Positions 1 to 10,726 of a DNA stretch of 41,483 nt are shown piece after piece. The notes under the pieces were generated by a model that was not told the DNA's origin, made no database searches, and was given only the letters and a program-made list of their open reading frames with translations. The first letter of the stretch is position 1, and every line of letters begins with the position of its first letter. A program made the position numbers and the translations under genes. Source of the stretch: Craspedostauros australis (lineage: Eukaryota); assembly GCA_030167865.1 (NCBI GenBank), contig JALAGF010004246.1:1-41483 (forward strand). Direction: 5' to 3'.

Positions 1-129
1 CTTATTCCCTGCAGTTCCAATGGTGAAATCGATTCACGCCGTGCTCTGCCATGGTGTGGGTACGGGATCAAGACCGCCAATCGAATTCGAGGGAGAGCAG
101 GTCGTGCATTTCGTGCAGGTAACCCTTCG

Positions 130-411
130 TCATACTTGGGCCCACTTATCATCCGTGCCGTCCTCAGCTTTGGTCCTTGGAGCAAGTCCATCCATGCTCT
201 GCCTGTCAGTCGCTTGCATATATGCATCGTTATCACCTATGGATCCAATTCTGCTGACGCCTGTCATACTGCTTTCTAGATGCTGAGGCCTCCCGATATC
301 ATCAATCCTTGCTTGAGGCTTCCTATCGTTTGGAGGAATGTTCGCGTAGATGTTGGTCACAGTGCGAGATGTGCTGCCGAAGGATGCAGGTGCTGGCACT
401 GAGGTCGCCAT
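130..411 (-). CDS. Possible first exon or short ORF of an unknown gene running off the left edge
   Basis: ATG at 411 gives MATSVPAPASFGSTSRTV...DDKWAQ. The ORF ends at CAA|GTATGA, which could be a splice donor (135), with a candidate acceptor TGCAG near 9. No recognisable domain. Confidence 0.2.
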   Translation of the reverse strand: MATSVPAPASFGSTSRTVTNIYANIPPNDRKPQARIDDIGRPQHLESSMTGVSRIGSIGDNDAYMQATDRQSMDGLAPRTKAEDGTDDKWAQV

Positions 412-1071
412 GCAGCGCGATGTAGAAAGAGCCAAGATGTATGTCGAATATAGTGTAGTGCAATTCAAGGCAAGCAAGTCATCATTCGATGTTCGAGGTT
501 GGAGAGAAAGGGTGGTGTGAGCGAGTGGATTTATAAGTGGGAAGAGCAATGGACGTTTGCGAAGATTCCGCCTTCAAGGCTCTTGGCCATGACAGGATGT
601 TCGCAAATGCATCGGCAACCACAATCGCAATCACAACTGTCACCTTCATCCACAGCAATGGCAACAGCAACAGCAACAGCAATAATCCCATCGTCAATCC
701 TGCCAACGCCGCCAAGTCCATGGACATTTAGAAGACAGCCGGAAGGGGGGACGCACCGCGGTTGGGGGGATTACTGAAGTAACGTGATATTCTAAACTTG
801 AATGATTGTGAAATCCTGCTCAGGTTTTGCAGTTCGAATATGTTCACCTGCCATTCTCGTCCATGTGAATATGTAGAATATGGATATGCAGCGCACGTTG
901 TGCCCCCCCATCCGGGTGTGTTAGTCGGCTCAAGACTGTTGCTGAATGTCTCGCTTGGACAAGCTGGCGTCGCCACGATGAGATGCCTAGAATCAGGCTG
1001 GCCTGATCCAGAGATCTCATCGAGGGGCACACCTTGCTCTTGCGTTGGACCGCAAGGCATGGCATGATGGA

Positions 1072-2876
1072 TTAGAATGAAATCCCTTCCATCACGAATG
1101 GATTCGCACTCGATGAAAAGAGCAAAGATGCTTCGGGCATCAATTCAAACAGGACAGAGGACAACTCACCCTCAAAGCCATCCTGGATGCTGGTGAACTT
1201 TGATCCTGGTGTGCTGAAGATGAATGGCGCGGCCGTCTGCTGATCTTGCCCCAGTCCCTGTTCTCGTTCTTGAGGCTGCAGTTGCTGCTGCTGATGATGC
1301 TGTTGGTGAGGCTGCTCTCTTGCATACAACTCGAACGAGGGAAAGGGAGGAACTGAGAGCGACGGTGCAGCTTCATGCTTCATCAAGTACGTGGGTGCAT
1401 CTTGCTGCTGATATTGCTGTTGTTTCCACGCTGTTGCTGCCACTGATGTTGTTTGGACGCCGGCGATGCTTTGCGTTTCTTCGGCCGCCAGCTGCTTCAA
1501 GAGAATCTTGGTTGCCAGGACCAGGTCATTTGCTTCGATACCGTCTGTCCGAGCGACCGTGTTAGTTGCCACCATATGTGGCATCGCGGAGGGGATCTGA
1601 GGAACCTGGAATGATGCTGGGAGGGCATTTTGAATCGCCGGAGCCTGAAGGTCTCCCGCTTGTTGGCGTGACGGCGATGCACCATCAAGCGGGACAGGTT
1701 CAAACTCCTCGGGATTGTACCCAAAACAAGGCTGCGATTGCACTGAATTGGTGGCAATCGATGCGTTGTCGTGTTGTTGCTGGGCGAACGATAGATCTGC
1801 TACGTTGTAGGGCGTAGGCGGAGATGCCGGGTCGAAGGCACCGAACTTGCTTGGAACATAGGAGTCCAACGCGGGCGTGCTTGCAGAACCGACATCCCCG
1901 TACTGCGCGGCATCCTTCCGTTGCTTCTTAGTTGGACTGGGGCTGGGCGCTTTTCCATCCTCGTCATCGTCGGATGAATGGGCGAGTGCAGTGGCTGCCG
2001 GCGATGCAGCGGTGCTTGCTGCTTGAGATGACTTGCGCCTGCGTCGTCGTCGCTTCAGCTCCTTGCTGTCCATATTCTGCAACCGCTCCTGTTGCTGCCT
2101 CTTGACCGTCTCGAACAAGTCGGTCATTCTGTGCTCCTTGCGGGCAAGCTTCACGGCATCGCGAAGCGCTTGGCCAACCTTCACGCACGCCATTTTGTCG
2201 GTCACTGCCTGCCATCGGCCAGCTGATTGGTCGTACCGGACGAAGCCGCGGCCACCGACCAGCACGGCTTTTTCTTGGATGGCGTGAGAGATGGAGACCA
2301 CGATGACTGTCTTGTCTTGGCGCGTTGGTGCAGAGATGTACGTCTCGAGATGTTCATCAACGCATTCGCGAAATCTTTGGTTGCCGACTGAAGATTGCCA
2401 AAGAGCAGCGCGAGGGCGATAATGCCGCAGGGGTCATTTGGAGGGGTGCGAATGTTCGCGGTGAACCAACGAGAATGCGAATATCAGTCAGGATTATTCA
2501 TGGTGCGCCAGACAATGAACGAAGTGTGATCGCTGCTCCCAGCCGAAGCGACTCAGTTTCTTCACATCAACAAACAAATTCGAAAGCGCGGGGCGTCGAG
2601 GTGATGTGATGTGATGCGATGCGATGTGTTGGGTGAAGCCATGTATCGTCACACCAGATGCATCCCATGGTGTGGTGCCGCGTGGTACAGTACGGATCAC
2701 CTCCGTCTCGATCATCTCTCCTGCGCACGATGTATCATTCTGTACTTACCGTGTTGGAAGCACTCCTTACCGCGTTGGCAGATAACATCCCACTCGGTCG
2801 GTGCATAGTTGCTGGGGAGTGTGATAACCTCTTCGGTGCCTTTCTTCGTCATTTTCGTTGCTGTCGGACTTGACAT
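1072..2876 (-). CDS. DUF6824-domain protein (diatom-expanded family), 2 exons, Gln-rich low-complexity C-terminus
   Basis: Exon 1 2876-2750 (MSSPTATK...PTEWDVICQRGKECFQH), intron 2749-2388 (GTAAGT...TTCAG, phase 1), exon 2 2387-1072. The join gives HVGNQRFRECVDEHLETY...DKTVIVVSISHAI...GRGFVRYD...WQAV...KVGQALRD, matching the DUF6824 pattern DV.C.RG..H.GN.RFR...Y...K...GRF...W...KV.QALRD. Confidence 0.9.
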
Positions 2877-3146
2877 GTGAGCGCGAGTCTTGAATGATCG
2901 GATGAATGCGTGTTGATCGATTTGTTGTTATGCTGCGATGCTGTGGTGGTTTGAGCTGGACCGGACTGGGCTTTGGATTTGGCTTGCTTCTGATCTTGTG
3001 TTGTGAGTGTTGTGAGATAAATTGATGCTGTTGCCTTTGTTTGAGCTTGCTTCAGTCTTGTGCCTTTTGGAATGCGCGCAGAGTTGCTTTGTGGTACTCT
3101 GCTACTGAGAATGAGTACTCGCTATGTGTATGGTTTGCATGCCCTC

Positions 3147-3198
3147 GTGTGGTGTGGCGTGGTGTGGCGTGGTGTGGCGTGACGTGACGTGGCGTGGT
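3147..3198. repeat. Degenerate (GTGTG/GCGTG/ACGTG)n pentamer repeat
   Basis: gtgtggtgtggcgtggtgtggcgtggtgtggcgtgacgtgacgtggcgtgg, upstream of the DUF6824 gene. Confidence 0.85.
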
Positions 3199-3699
3199 GA
3201 GGGTGCACGTAGTAACGTTAGGCGCTTTGCTTGGAAGATTGTTGAAGCCATAAGAGGATCTTTTTTGTGTGTTGGTGAGTGTTGCGAGTTGGGGAAAGAT
3301 ATTTTCGGAACGGCCAGCGGTGATATCCGTTTCTGCGTGCTTCTCCAGTGAAGCAAATATCAGAAGCCCTGGTGACAAATACGACCTACTCTGCCTCGTG
3401 GTGGCTCGTACTGGTATTGGTACCAGTTTTGGTACAGGGGAAGGTTGCTATGCCGTCGTCGAAGACCGGCAGTGTGGTTGGAGAAGTGCTGTGAGTCGCC
3501 CGCCACCAGAGTAGTGGATGAGTGAGACTGTGGCAGGAATGCGAACAGGCGTGTTGTTCGCGTCTGGATGCTGGTGTGTACTGAGCGCGCGTTCACCCAG
3601 GGTTTGGCTGTGTTGGGGATGGTATAGTCGTACGAGGGGATCGGGTGCGGCTGAAAGTGATGTTGCTGATCTCAGTGTGGTTCAATGCCTCACCGTGTA

Positions 3700-3750
3700 T
3701 TGTTGTTGTTGTTGTTGTTGTTGTTGCTGCTGCTGCTGCTACTACTACTG
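3700..3750. repeat. Compound trinucleotide microsatellite (TTG)n(CTG)n(CTA)n
   Basis: Directly visible. It generates the poly-C/V/A/T/N/S ORFs in the track. Confidence 0.95.
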
Positions 3751-6700
3751 CTCTTGTTGTTGTGATCGCTCTTGCTGTTGTCGCAGTTGCAGTGGCCGGA
3801 GGATGTGATGATTTTCGTGTAGAGCGCAGAGAATATGATCGTGCACGCGCCACTATTTGACGAATGGTTGCGGAACTTCAAGCTGCTTCGTTCTGAAGAT
3901 TGATAGTCTGTTTTGATGTCTGTTCAGGAATGTGCTCAATCGCGTCGTGGGACGTCGTGCTTTCGTTTTGTGAGAAGGGTGATCAACTGGCGCGAGCGTG
4001 GGTGGTGTGGTATGTTATCCTTCTGTTTGACAGGATTACGTTTTGTTGTGGAGTGGAGAGTTCTATTGATTTCGTTGCGAAGGAGAGGTGGAGAGAGAGA
4101 GAGGAGGACAGAGCTCTGAAATGGAGCAAGGCCGTGTCGATGGAACAGTCGGAAAGGGCGATGGATGGGTCCGATACTTCTTGTTGTTCTGGATGCTTCT
4201 TTTCCTCCAATGTTGTGTTGGCTGCCGGTATCGTTCCAATGCTTTTTGTCAATTTGTCGGATGCTCCATTTCGATCCAGCAGATTCTTGGAAGCCAAACA
4301 CCAATGATCAGGTGATGTACAAGTGGAGGTCGTATGTTTGGAGCGTCCTCACCCAGCCCAGGCCAATGTCCCTGTTTCCTTGAAGAAGAGGACCAACAGG
4401 CCACCCAACCCCCTGTCGGCGAGGTTGATGAGTTTTATTTGGCCGAAACAAGACGATGTCTCAATCGTGTCACCATTGAAATTATCACTTATGCGTCATC
4501 CAAGGACGGCGAACAACCTTCGCCCACGGAAATGCCACAAAAGTCGTGACAAACGATCTGGATTGCCTGAGCATTGTTGATCGATCTGTTCCCCGAATGT
4601 TTGGTGCTGAGACGATACCGGACAGCGACCATTTGTGTGGAGACTTGTGTTGGTTTCGATGCGTCTAAATGTTGATGTGTGACAATCATGACAGCACAAT
4701 TCTGGAGTTTTCATGTTCAACGCTACCATCCCTGGCCCTCATGTGCCTGGCGATCGGTACCTGGCCGACGATTCACAACTACGGATGCTGTTCATAGCAC
4801 TGCGCCAACACCTGCTGATAACAGGCAGGAATCCCCTTCTCAGTCAGACCCGTGGCAGGACCTCATTGACAATAAACGTACGTGGCCTCACGATATGCGC
4901 CGTTCACCGAAGGCGACGAGAAACTAGAGATAGAGGCGGACTCCTTATATACTTCGATGTACGGCTTACTCTTCTGGCTCCTGCTCCATCCCTTGGTCGT
5001 GTTCCAGATAAGAGCACCAACGTCGAAGGAGACGGCCACAGCGACAGCAGCATGAACGTCACCAACAAGCAAGCAAACATATTTTGGAGGTCCGATGTTG
5101 GCGAAGCTATTTGCTTGGAACTTGGAGTACTTGCAATGCTCCGGTAAGGCGTGCTCCGCGTGTTGTGCGAATACCGTGTTGCTCCTCATCCCAGGTGTTC
5201 CTCTTTGTGGAGTTGATCATCGGAGCCGGGGATGTCTGTCTTAAATAAACACAGTCACAGATGCGGGAGGAAGAGGAAGGAAGGCGCAGAAGAAGCGGCA
5301 AACCCGTTTTCAGTTCTCCAGCAGCAGAAATGGCAATTGTCCGCGCCATGAGGAGGTTGGAATATGTTTTGTCAGCCACTATCGTGATGCTCTTCCACCG
5401 TGGAGAACGGGCAAAAGAGGACGCGGATCTGGTTGCCGAAGTCGCGTGGGTGCGATTTGTTTAACGACACCACAGAGAAGAAGGCGACGAGTCAGCATGG
5501 TCGAGTGAGCGTCACAAAATTCGGAAATGAGAGTACGATCAATTCTGCTTGTGCAGGATTTGTGGATCAAGACCAACACGTTCCGGCGCCAAAATATTCC
5601 GCCAACACGATCAACACAATCGCCACGATCAAGGCACGACCACACACCAAGACGGCGAAAAATCGAGGTGCGAGATGTGAAGGCAACTTCACGAATTCTT
5701 CTGCTCATGCTCGTACCTGTACTCGTACGAGTAAATCGATGGTATCATCAGCGAACACACTCCAACAAGATGAGCTGCTCATACGGCGACTACGGCAAGG
5801 ACGGGTGGTGGAGGTATGGGACGATCCACTCTCGCAAGATGACATGTTCCTCCTCGCAGTGACATCTCCGCCCTCACCAAGTGTGTTTCTCCTCTCTCAA
5901 TTTGTCCACATTGAAGTTGTAGACTCACCTATTGGTTGCAATACTCCGCAGTGCCCTTGGCGTGTCGTCGGCGCTTCCAATCGAACGTCTTCGTGGGACC
6001 TTATCACTTCTGCACCGATGATCGTGGCAAGCTCCTGCCCAGAATGCTGTCATGAAAGCGTGATGTTATCGTGGAACGATCAAATCAAACATACCCCGCG
6101 GCGAGGACGAGGGACGATTCGCTGAGAGGAAGGGACTCTTTGAATATCAGTCGGCAATGAGAAGCCCTTGTCATGATCGTGGCCTCGATACGATTGGTCC
6201 CTTCCGGAATGAGCAGGATAGAATCGGTACCTGCCCGTCCTCTACCACTTTGTGCTGTAGATGATAGGTGTGTCCAACTTCGCAACTCCTTTTCTGGCTG
6301 TTGGACTCTTCGGGAAAGCTCCATCGTCCAGATCGTACGATTCAGCGAAAGGCTCAGATGTTGAAGGCCACCGGTACCAGGAGGTGCGTGAAGCACAATT
6401 TCGTAGCCACGGCAGCACAGGGTGCGCATCTGCAGAGCAAAAAGTTATTTCTCCATCGCAGCGATGATCAACATGGGTTCTTCTCCTGTTCCATGTTGTT
6501 CCGTTTGTTTGGCTTCGATCAGCCTCGCCGAAGCCCCATGATCCAGTGCGTACTCGGGTACATGTGAGGAGGAGAAACCATAGAGGCTTGTGCGGCTTCT
6601 GTGACTTCTGTGACTTCGGTGGCTTGTGTGTCCGTGCGTGAGGATGTGCAAGGGCCACTCAACAGAGGGTCGTTGATGGGAGGGACGCACGTGCATATGC

Positions 6701-7816
6701 CAGGACGAAAGGACGTGCCAACGCACAAGGATAGCTTCGACATTGATGGAGCGGGTGGCAGCAGTGTCTCCGGGTGGCCATGCCATGCCATGTCTGATCT
6801 TGACCATCGCGAGTGTATGGAGCCAGACGACCTGCCATACGAAGTACGTGAAGACTATTGTTCATCCCCAACAACTCGCCACGCGAAGGCTTGTCTCATC
6901 CTTCCTGAGCAACATCGGATGGGCGCTACCGCTCTGAGCACACAACAATTAAGAGCACGGGGAATCCGGACAAGAGAGTAGTACTAGCGGAGAAACGAGG
7001 AGTAGTGCTGTGGAGTATCGTACTGCAAACGGGAACGTTTGCCCGCATATCTTCACTGTTCGTACATTGAGCAACGTATTCTTCTCCCCTTGAGGCGGTG
7101 ACACATCCCCTCCAGGAGGGACCAGGACGGAGAGTCGTCAAGTGCAAACATGCAGCGCAGAGTCGTACGCTTTGGAAACGAACGGACCAAACAGATCACC
7201 ACGTGTGCCGATAATGGGAGGCCTACGACTCGTTGTACGAACTCGTTAGCTCATTGAAGCGCATTGATGCAAGATCGAGAAATTCTCTCTGTGTGGGTGA
7301 GCAGCATGGGCGATGCTGGGCGCAGACAGTGCTCGTGTGTCTCTCTGAGCATGTCTCGTATGGGTTGAACGTTGCGATACGACATCTTCTTGATGACTCT
7401 GTGACGGAGTGCATGGTATCCCAGTGAGCTCAAGCAGCAACGCAGTCGAGTCGCTGCACTCTATCATCAACGCAGGTGGTGACTGGAACAAGGGCATGTA
7501 TAATCAACAAATGGGGTCAATGGTTGAAGAAGTGCGAGGGCGGCAGGGTCGGATGGAATGGGGTGACGAGAAGGGCTGTTCCGAGATTGTGCCCAAGGGG
7601 TCTTTGTGTCCCACAAGTAGAAGATTACTACTATCACAACTCTTACTGTACGCCCTAACTGCAAAAGAGCATGTTATCCTGGTACGAGAGTGCTCATGAT
7701 GTGACTTGGCCCGCCAATCGCCTTTGACGCAACGCACAGCATCACCCAAACGGAGACAGACTCGCGAAGGGAGTAATGGCGGAACCACGACGCTCGCTAC
7801 ATTTCGTCGCAACCTC

Positions 7817-10726
7817 TCAATCCGCGCTCGTCTTCTTTTCGTCGACTCGCACAGACGTCGCTGTCGCTGTCGCTGTTGCTGCGTTGTTGCGGTGGTTCGC
7901 GCCGTCCATGCCGCCGTCAATGCTGCTGTTGCCACCGTTGTTGCCTCCGGTGTTGCCATTGTTCGCATGCAAGAATCCATCAAAGTGATTCCAGATTTGC
8001 GTGCGAGCGAACCAGTTGGTGAGTGAGTGCTCCGATGTGCCAGCGCATCTCGTGCTAATGCTACCAAAGCGATGCTTCCAAAATTCATCCGTATCGACCT
8101 CTTCGCCTGCCGTTTCCAAGCCTTCGTGACTCTGCTGGTCGTTGATGCTTCCACCAGCGCTGCCGTGCTCTGATGATTCTCGCGCGCTCTTGTAATAGAT
8201 GCAACGGTCAGACTGCAGCAGATGGTGCAAGTTCTCATTCTTTCGGGTCCATTGGATGTTGTGCGTCGAGTCGGTGAACGCGATGGCCCGGATATGCGGC
8301 AGGTAGATCTCGGACTTGTCCAGCAGAAAACGCGCAAGCTGCGCACCTGATTGGGAGTGCGACAGGACGAATAGATCGCGGACCTCGAAGCTCGGTTGCG
8401 GGGACGTGGCAGGTGCGAAGAGATTGAGTGGATCTTTATGCCCGTGATGACGTTCATCGTCATCGCTTCGGATGGATCCTGGCATTTCGGATGGCGCCAT
8501 GAAGTCGAAGTTGCTGCTGGCCGTGTGGTCGTCTTCCCAATTCTTAAAGAGCCTTGTCATGGAGGTTTGGAATGTTGACATGCCCATCCTGTCTCCGTGC
8601 ACGTTGGGGTCGAGCATGACGATATTCATCTTTCTTCGATTTGCTTCGTGGACGAGCGGCAAGGCGGTGCTGCATTCCATGCCCGATGCCATGAGATGCT
8701 GGCGCGAGAAGATGCCCGCCCTGACCTTGCCACGCCCTGTTGCGATGAGCAGAGTGGGGAACTGATTCAGAGCGTGCTCGCGATTCTTGGCGATCGCCGC
8801 GCTAACGAGAGCGCGGATTGGTTCCGCGTTGTTGCCGGCTTCCGACACGACGACCCATTCCAGATTGCCCTGCTCCCTCATGGTTTCTTGGGCGGCGTGC
8901 TGACATAGCCTTGCGACGGCATCGTACATGTCGCCGTCGGCGATGAACTTTTGGCGATTGTGGGTGGTGATCATGGTGTTGGTCGCGATGTGAAACAACC
9001 TCGTCATCGTGAGAGATTCCATGTACGACTCTCGGATGGATGCGCTGGAGGATCGGTGGATGTGATGGCGGTGAGGCTCATGCTCATTCTCATGCTCATT
9101 CTCTTGTGCATCCTTGTCGGCATGCTGAGTGTCTTTCGCATTGGTATCATGCATGGCTTCACCACAATTTGGGTTTGCGGATCGTTGTTGAGCATCGGCG
9201 TGTGAATCGCCATTGGAAATCTTCGCCGCCTCTCCTGTTCCTGCTCCTCCTGTTCCTGTTGCCTTGATGGTTGATCCCCCTGCATCGTTCCCCCCGCCTT
9301 TATTCCGTGAATGATTCTTGTTCTTGTCCTCATCTTCGTCCGCGTCTTCAATCTCAGCGTCATCTTCCAATTCGGATTGTGGTTCCGCTTCGTCAAGTGC
9401 TTGCGCTTGCGCTTGCAGACGTCCTCTTCCCTCTTGGTGTCGGTTCCCATTGGCTGTCGCAGCATCGCCGTCACTCACATCTTTGCGGATGGTCTCGTCA
9501 CTTTCTTTGGTATCGTGCGGGACGGGGATGGTGCGAAATTCGAAGCCAATTTCACGCAAACCCTCGGCGCCGCACAGCTGTTTGGCCTGATCGATGACGT
9601 CGAACACTTTCTCCCAGTGCTCCTCGGCCGTCGTGCAACCTTGCAGCAAGGTGCTGACCTTGTGGCGCAGCCTTCTGCTGGATACGCGGTGGTGTTGCTG
9701 GTGTTTGTGCCGGTGCCTGTGATTCCCGTCATGTTTGTGATGATTGTTGTGATTCTGATGCTGGTGGTGGTGCTCATCGTGATGATGTCCCGTCAATGCG
9801 TGGCCAATCTTGGCAAAGTTGTGTAAGAGCTTCCGAAACAGCTTCTTGATTTTGAAATGGTGGTGGTGATGGTGATGCTGACCATCTTCGTCGTGGTCGT
9901 CGTCGTGGTCGTGATCGTTCACAGGATCTCCACCGCGGCCATGACCATGACCATGGCTGTTGCCTTTCTGGTAGTCACGTGCGGTCGGAGAGTTCTGGTC
10001 CTTGCCACCACCATATTCTTTTTCGATCCCGGCCTTTCCTGTTGCCGCCGCCCCATTCAATCTTCCTTTCGTCTCCGTCGATGACTTTGTGAGCGTTGGT
10101 AATTTCGGCATGGTTGGCTTGTCGTCGGCATCAGCGTGTGGAGCTGATTGTGATGACTGGGATTGCTGTGGTCCTTGTGATGATTGTGGTGCTTGGTCGA
10201 GGCTGGGTTTGGAAAAGTGATCCTGAATGATCTGGATTTGGTTGAGAGGCCTTGTCACGATGGGCGAAGCGCAGGATTGTGGCATCCCCTTGTTGTGCCC
10301 ACCATGATGGTTCTCCTTATTGAGTGCTGGATCATCCATCTGTTGCGCCTGCTGTGTCTGTTGTTGATGTATCTGTTGATGTGATTGCTGATGCCACCGA
10401 TCGCATTGCACAGCATCTTTGCGATGTACCAGTTCGGGTTTCACAGAATCCATCGGTGCCTGGTTCGGGTTGATGTCCTGCTGTCGTTGCTGTTGATTTT
10501 GCTGAGGCTGACGATGCCGTTGTGAATCGATACCTTTGTCGGCATCTCCATCGCAGGCCATCATCGATGAACTCGCAACAGGCATAGCCTCCATTTGGCT
10601 GATTGCTTCCATCGCTGCCCAATTCCAACTTGGCCAATGTTGCGATGTTGTTGTTTTGGATTCTATTGCTCGTCGCTCGTGGCTCGTCGCTCGTCGCTCG
10701 TGTACGGTGCCGTCAACTTTCCCCAT
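7817..10726 (-). CDS. FAM172A: FAM172A/ARB2A-like Arb2-domain protein (alpha/beta-hydrolase-like fold) with a long His/Gln/acidic disordered N-terminus
   Basis: Single 969-aa ORF. C-terminal motifs LLIATGRGKVRAGIFSR...MECSTALPLV...IVMLDPN, LFVLSHSQSG, IAFTDSTH and AGTSEHSLTNW parallel the FAM172A motifs IHGSGVVRAGQWAR...SGTQIPFI...VIVLNPN, AHSYGG, TDSVH and AGTDRHELTSW. The true start may be a downstream Met. Confidence 0.85.
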   Translation of the reverse strand: MGKVDGTVHERRATSHERRAIESKTTTSQHWPSWNWAAMEAISQMEAMPVASSSMMACDGDADKGIDSQRHRQPQQNQQQRQQDINPNQAPMDSVKPELVHRKDAVQCDRWHQQSHQQIHQQQTQQAQQMDDPALNKENHHGGHNKGMPQSCASPIVTRPLNQIQIIQDHFSKPSLDQAPQSSQGPQQSQSSQSAPHADADDKPTMPKLPTLTKSSTETKGRLNGAAATGKAGIEKEYGGGKDQNSPTARDYQKGNSHGHGHGRGGDPVNDHDHDDDHDEDGQHHHHHHHFKIKKLFRKLLHNFAKIGHALTGHHHDEHHHQHQNHNNHHKHDGNHRHRHKHQQHHRVSSRRLRHKVSTLLQGCTTAEEHWEKVFDVIDQAKQLCGAEGLREIGFEFRTIPVPHDTKESDETIRKDVSDGDAATANGNRHQEGRGRLQAQAQALDEAEPQSELEDDAEIEDADEDEDKNKNHSRNKGGGNDAGGSTIKATGTGGAGTGEAAKISNGDSHADAQQRSANPNCGEAMHDTNAKDTQHADKDAQENEHENEHEPHRHHIHRSSSASIRESYMESLTMTRLFHIATNTMITTHNRQKFIADGDMYDAVARLCQHAAQETMREQGNLEWVVVSEAGNNAEPIRALVSAAIAKNREHALNQFPTLLIATGRGKVRAGIFSRQHLMASGMECSTALPLVHEANRRKMNIVMLDPNVHGDRMGMSTFQTSMTRLFKNWEDDHTASSNFDFMAPSEMPGSIRSDDDERHHGHKDPLNLFAPATSPQPSFEVRDLFVLSHSQSGAQLARFLLDKSEIYLPHIRAIAFTDSTHNIQWTRKNENLHHLLQSDRCIYYKSARESSEHGSAGGSINDQQSHEGLETAGEEVDTDEFWKHRFGSISTRCAGTSEHSLTNWFARTQIWNHFDGFLHANNGNTGGNNGGNSSIDGGMDGANHRNNAATATATATSVRVDEKKTSAD

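Noticed and set aside
3518..3881. Poly-Cys, poly-Val and poly-Asn ORFs suggesting a metallothionein-like protein
   Set aside because: They are translations of the (TTG)(CTG)(CTA) microsatellite. The same applies to 41143-41469.
4713..5147. IPGPHVPGDRYL resembling the CACTA/Plavaka transposase IPGP..P...D.YL motif
   Set aside because: The match is too short. I saw no other transposase motifs, terminal inverted repeats or target-site duplications.
7504..8463. 319-aa minus-strand ORF overlapping the Arb2 gene 3' end
   Set aside because: It is an alternative frame, R/S/T-rich with no domain. The conserved motifs are in the 969-aa frame.
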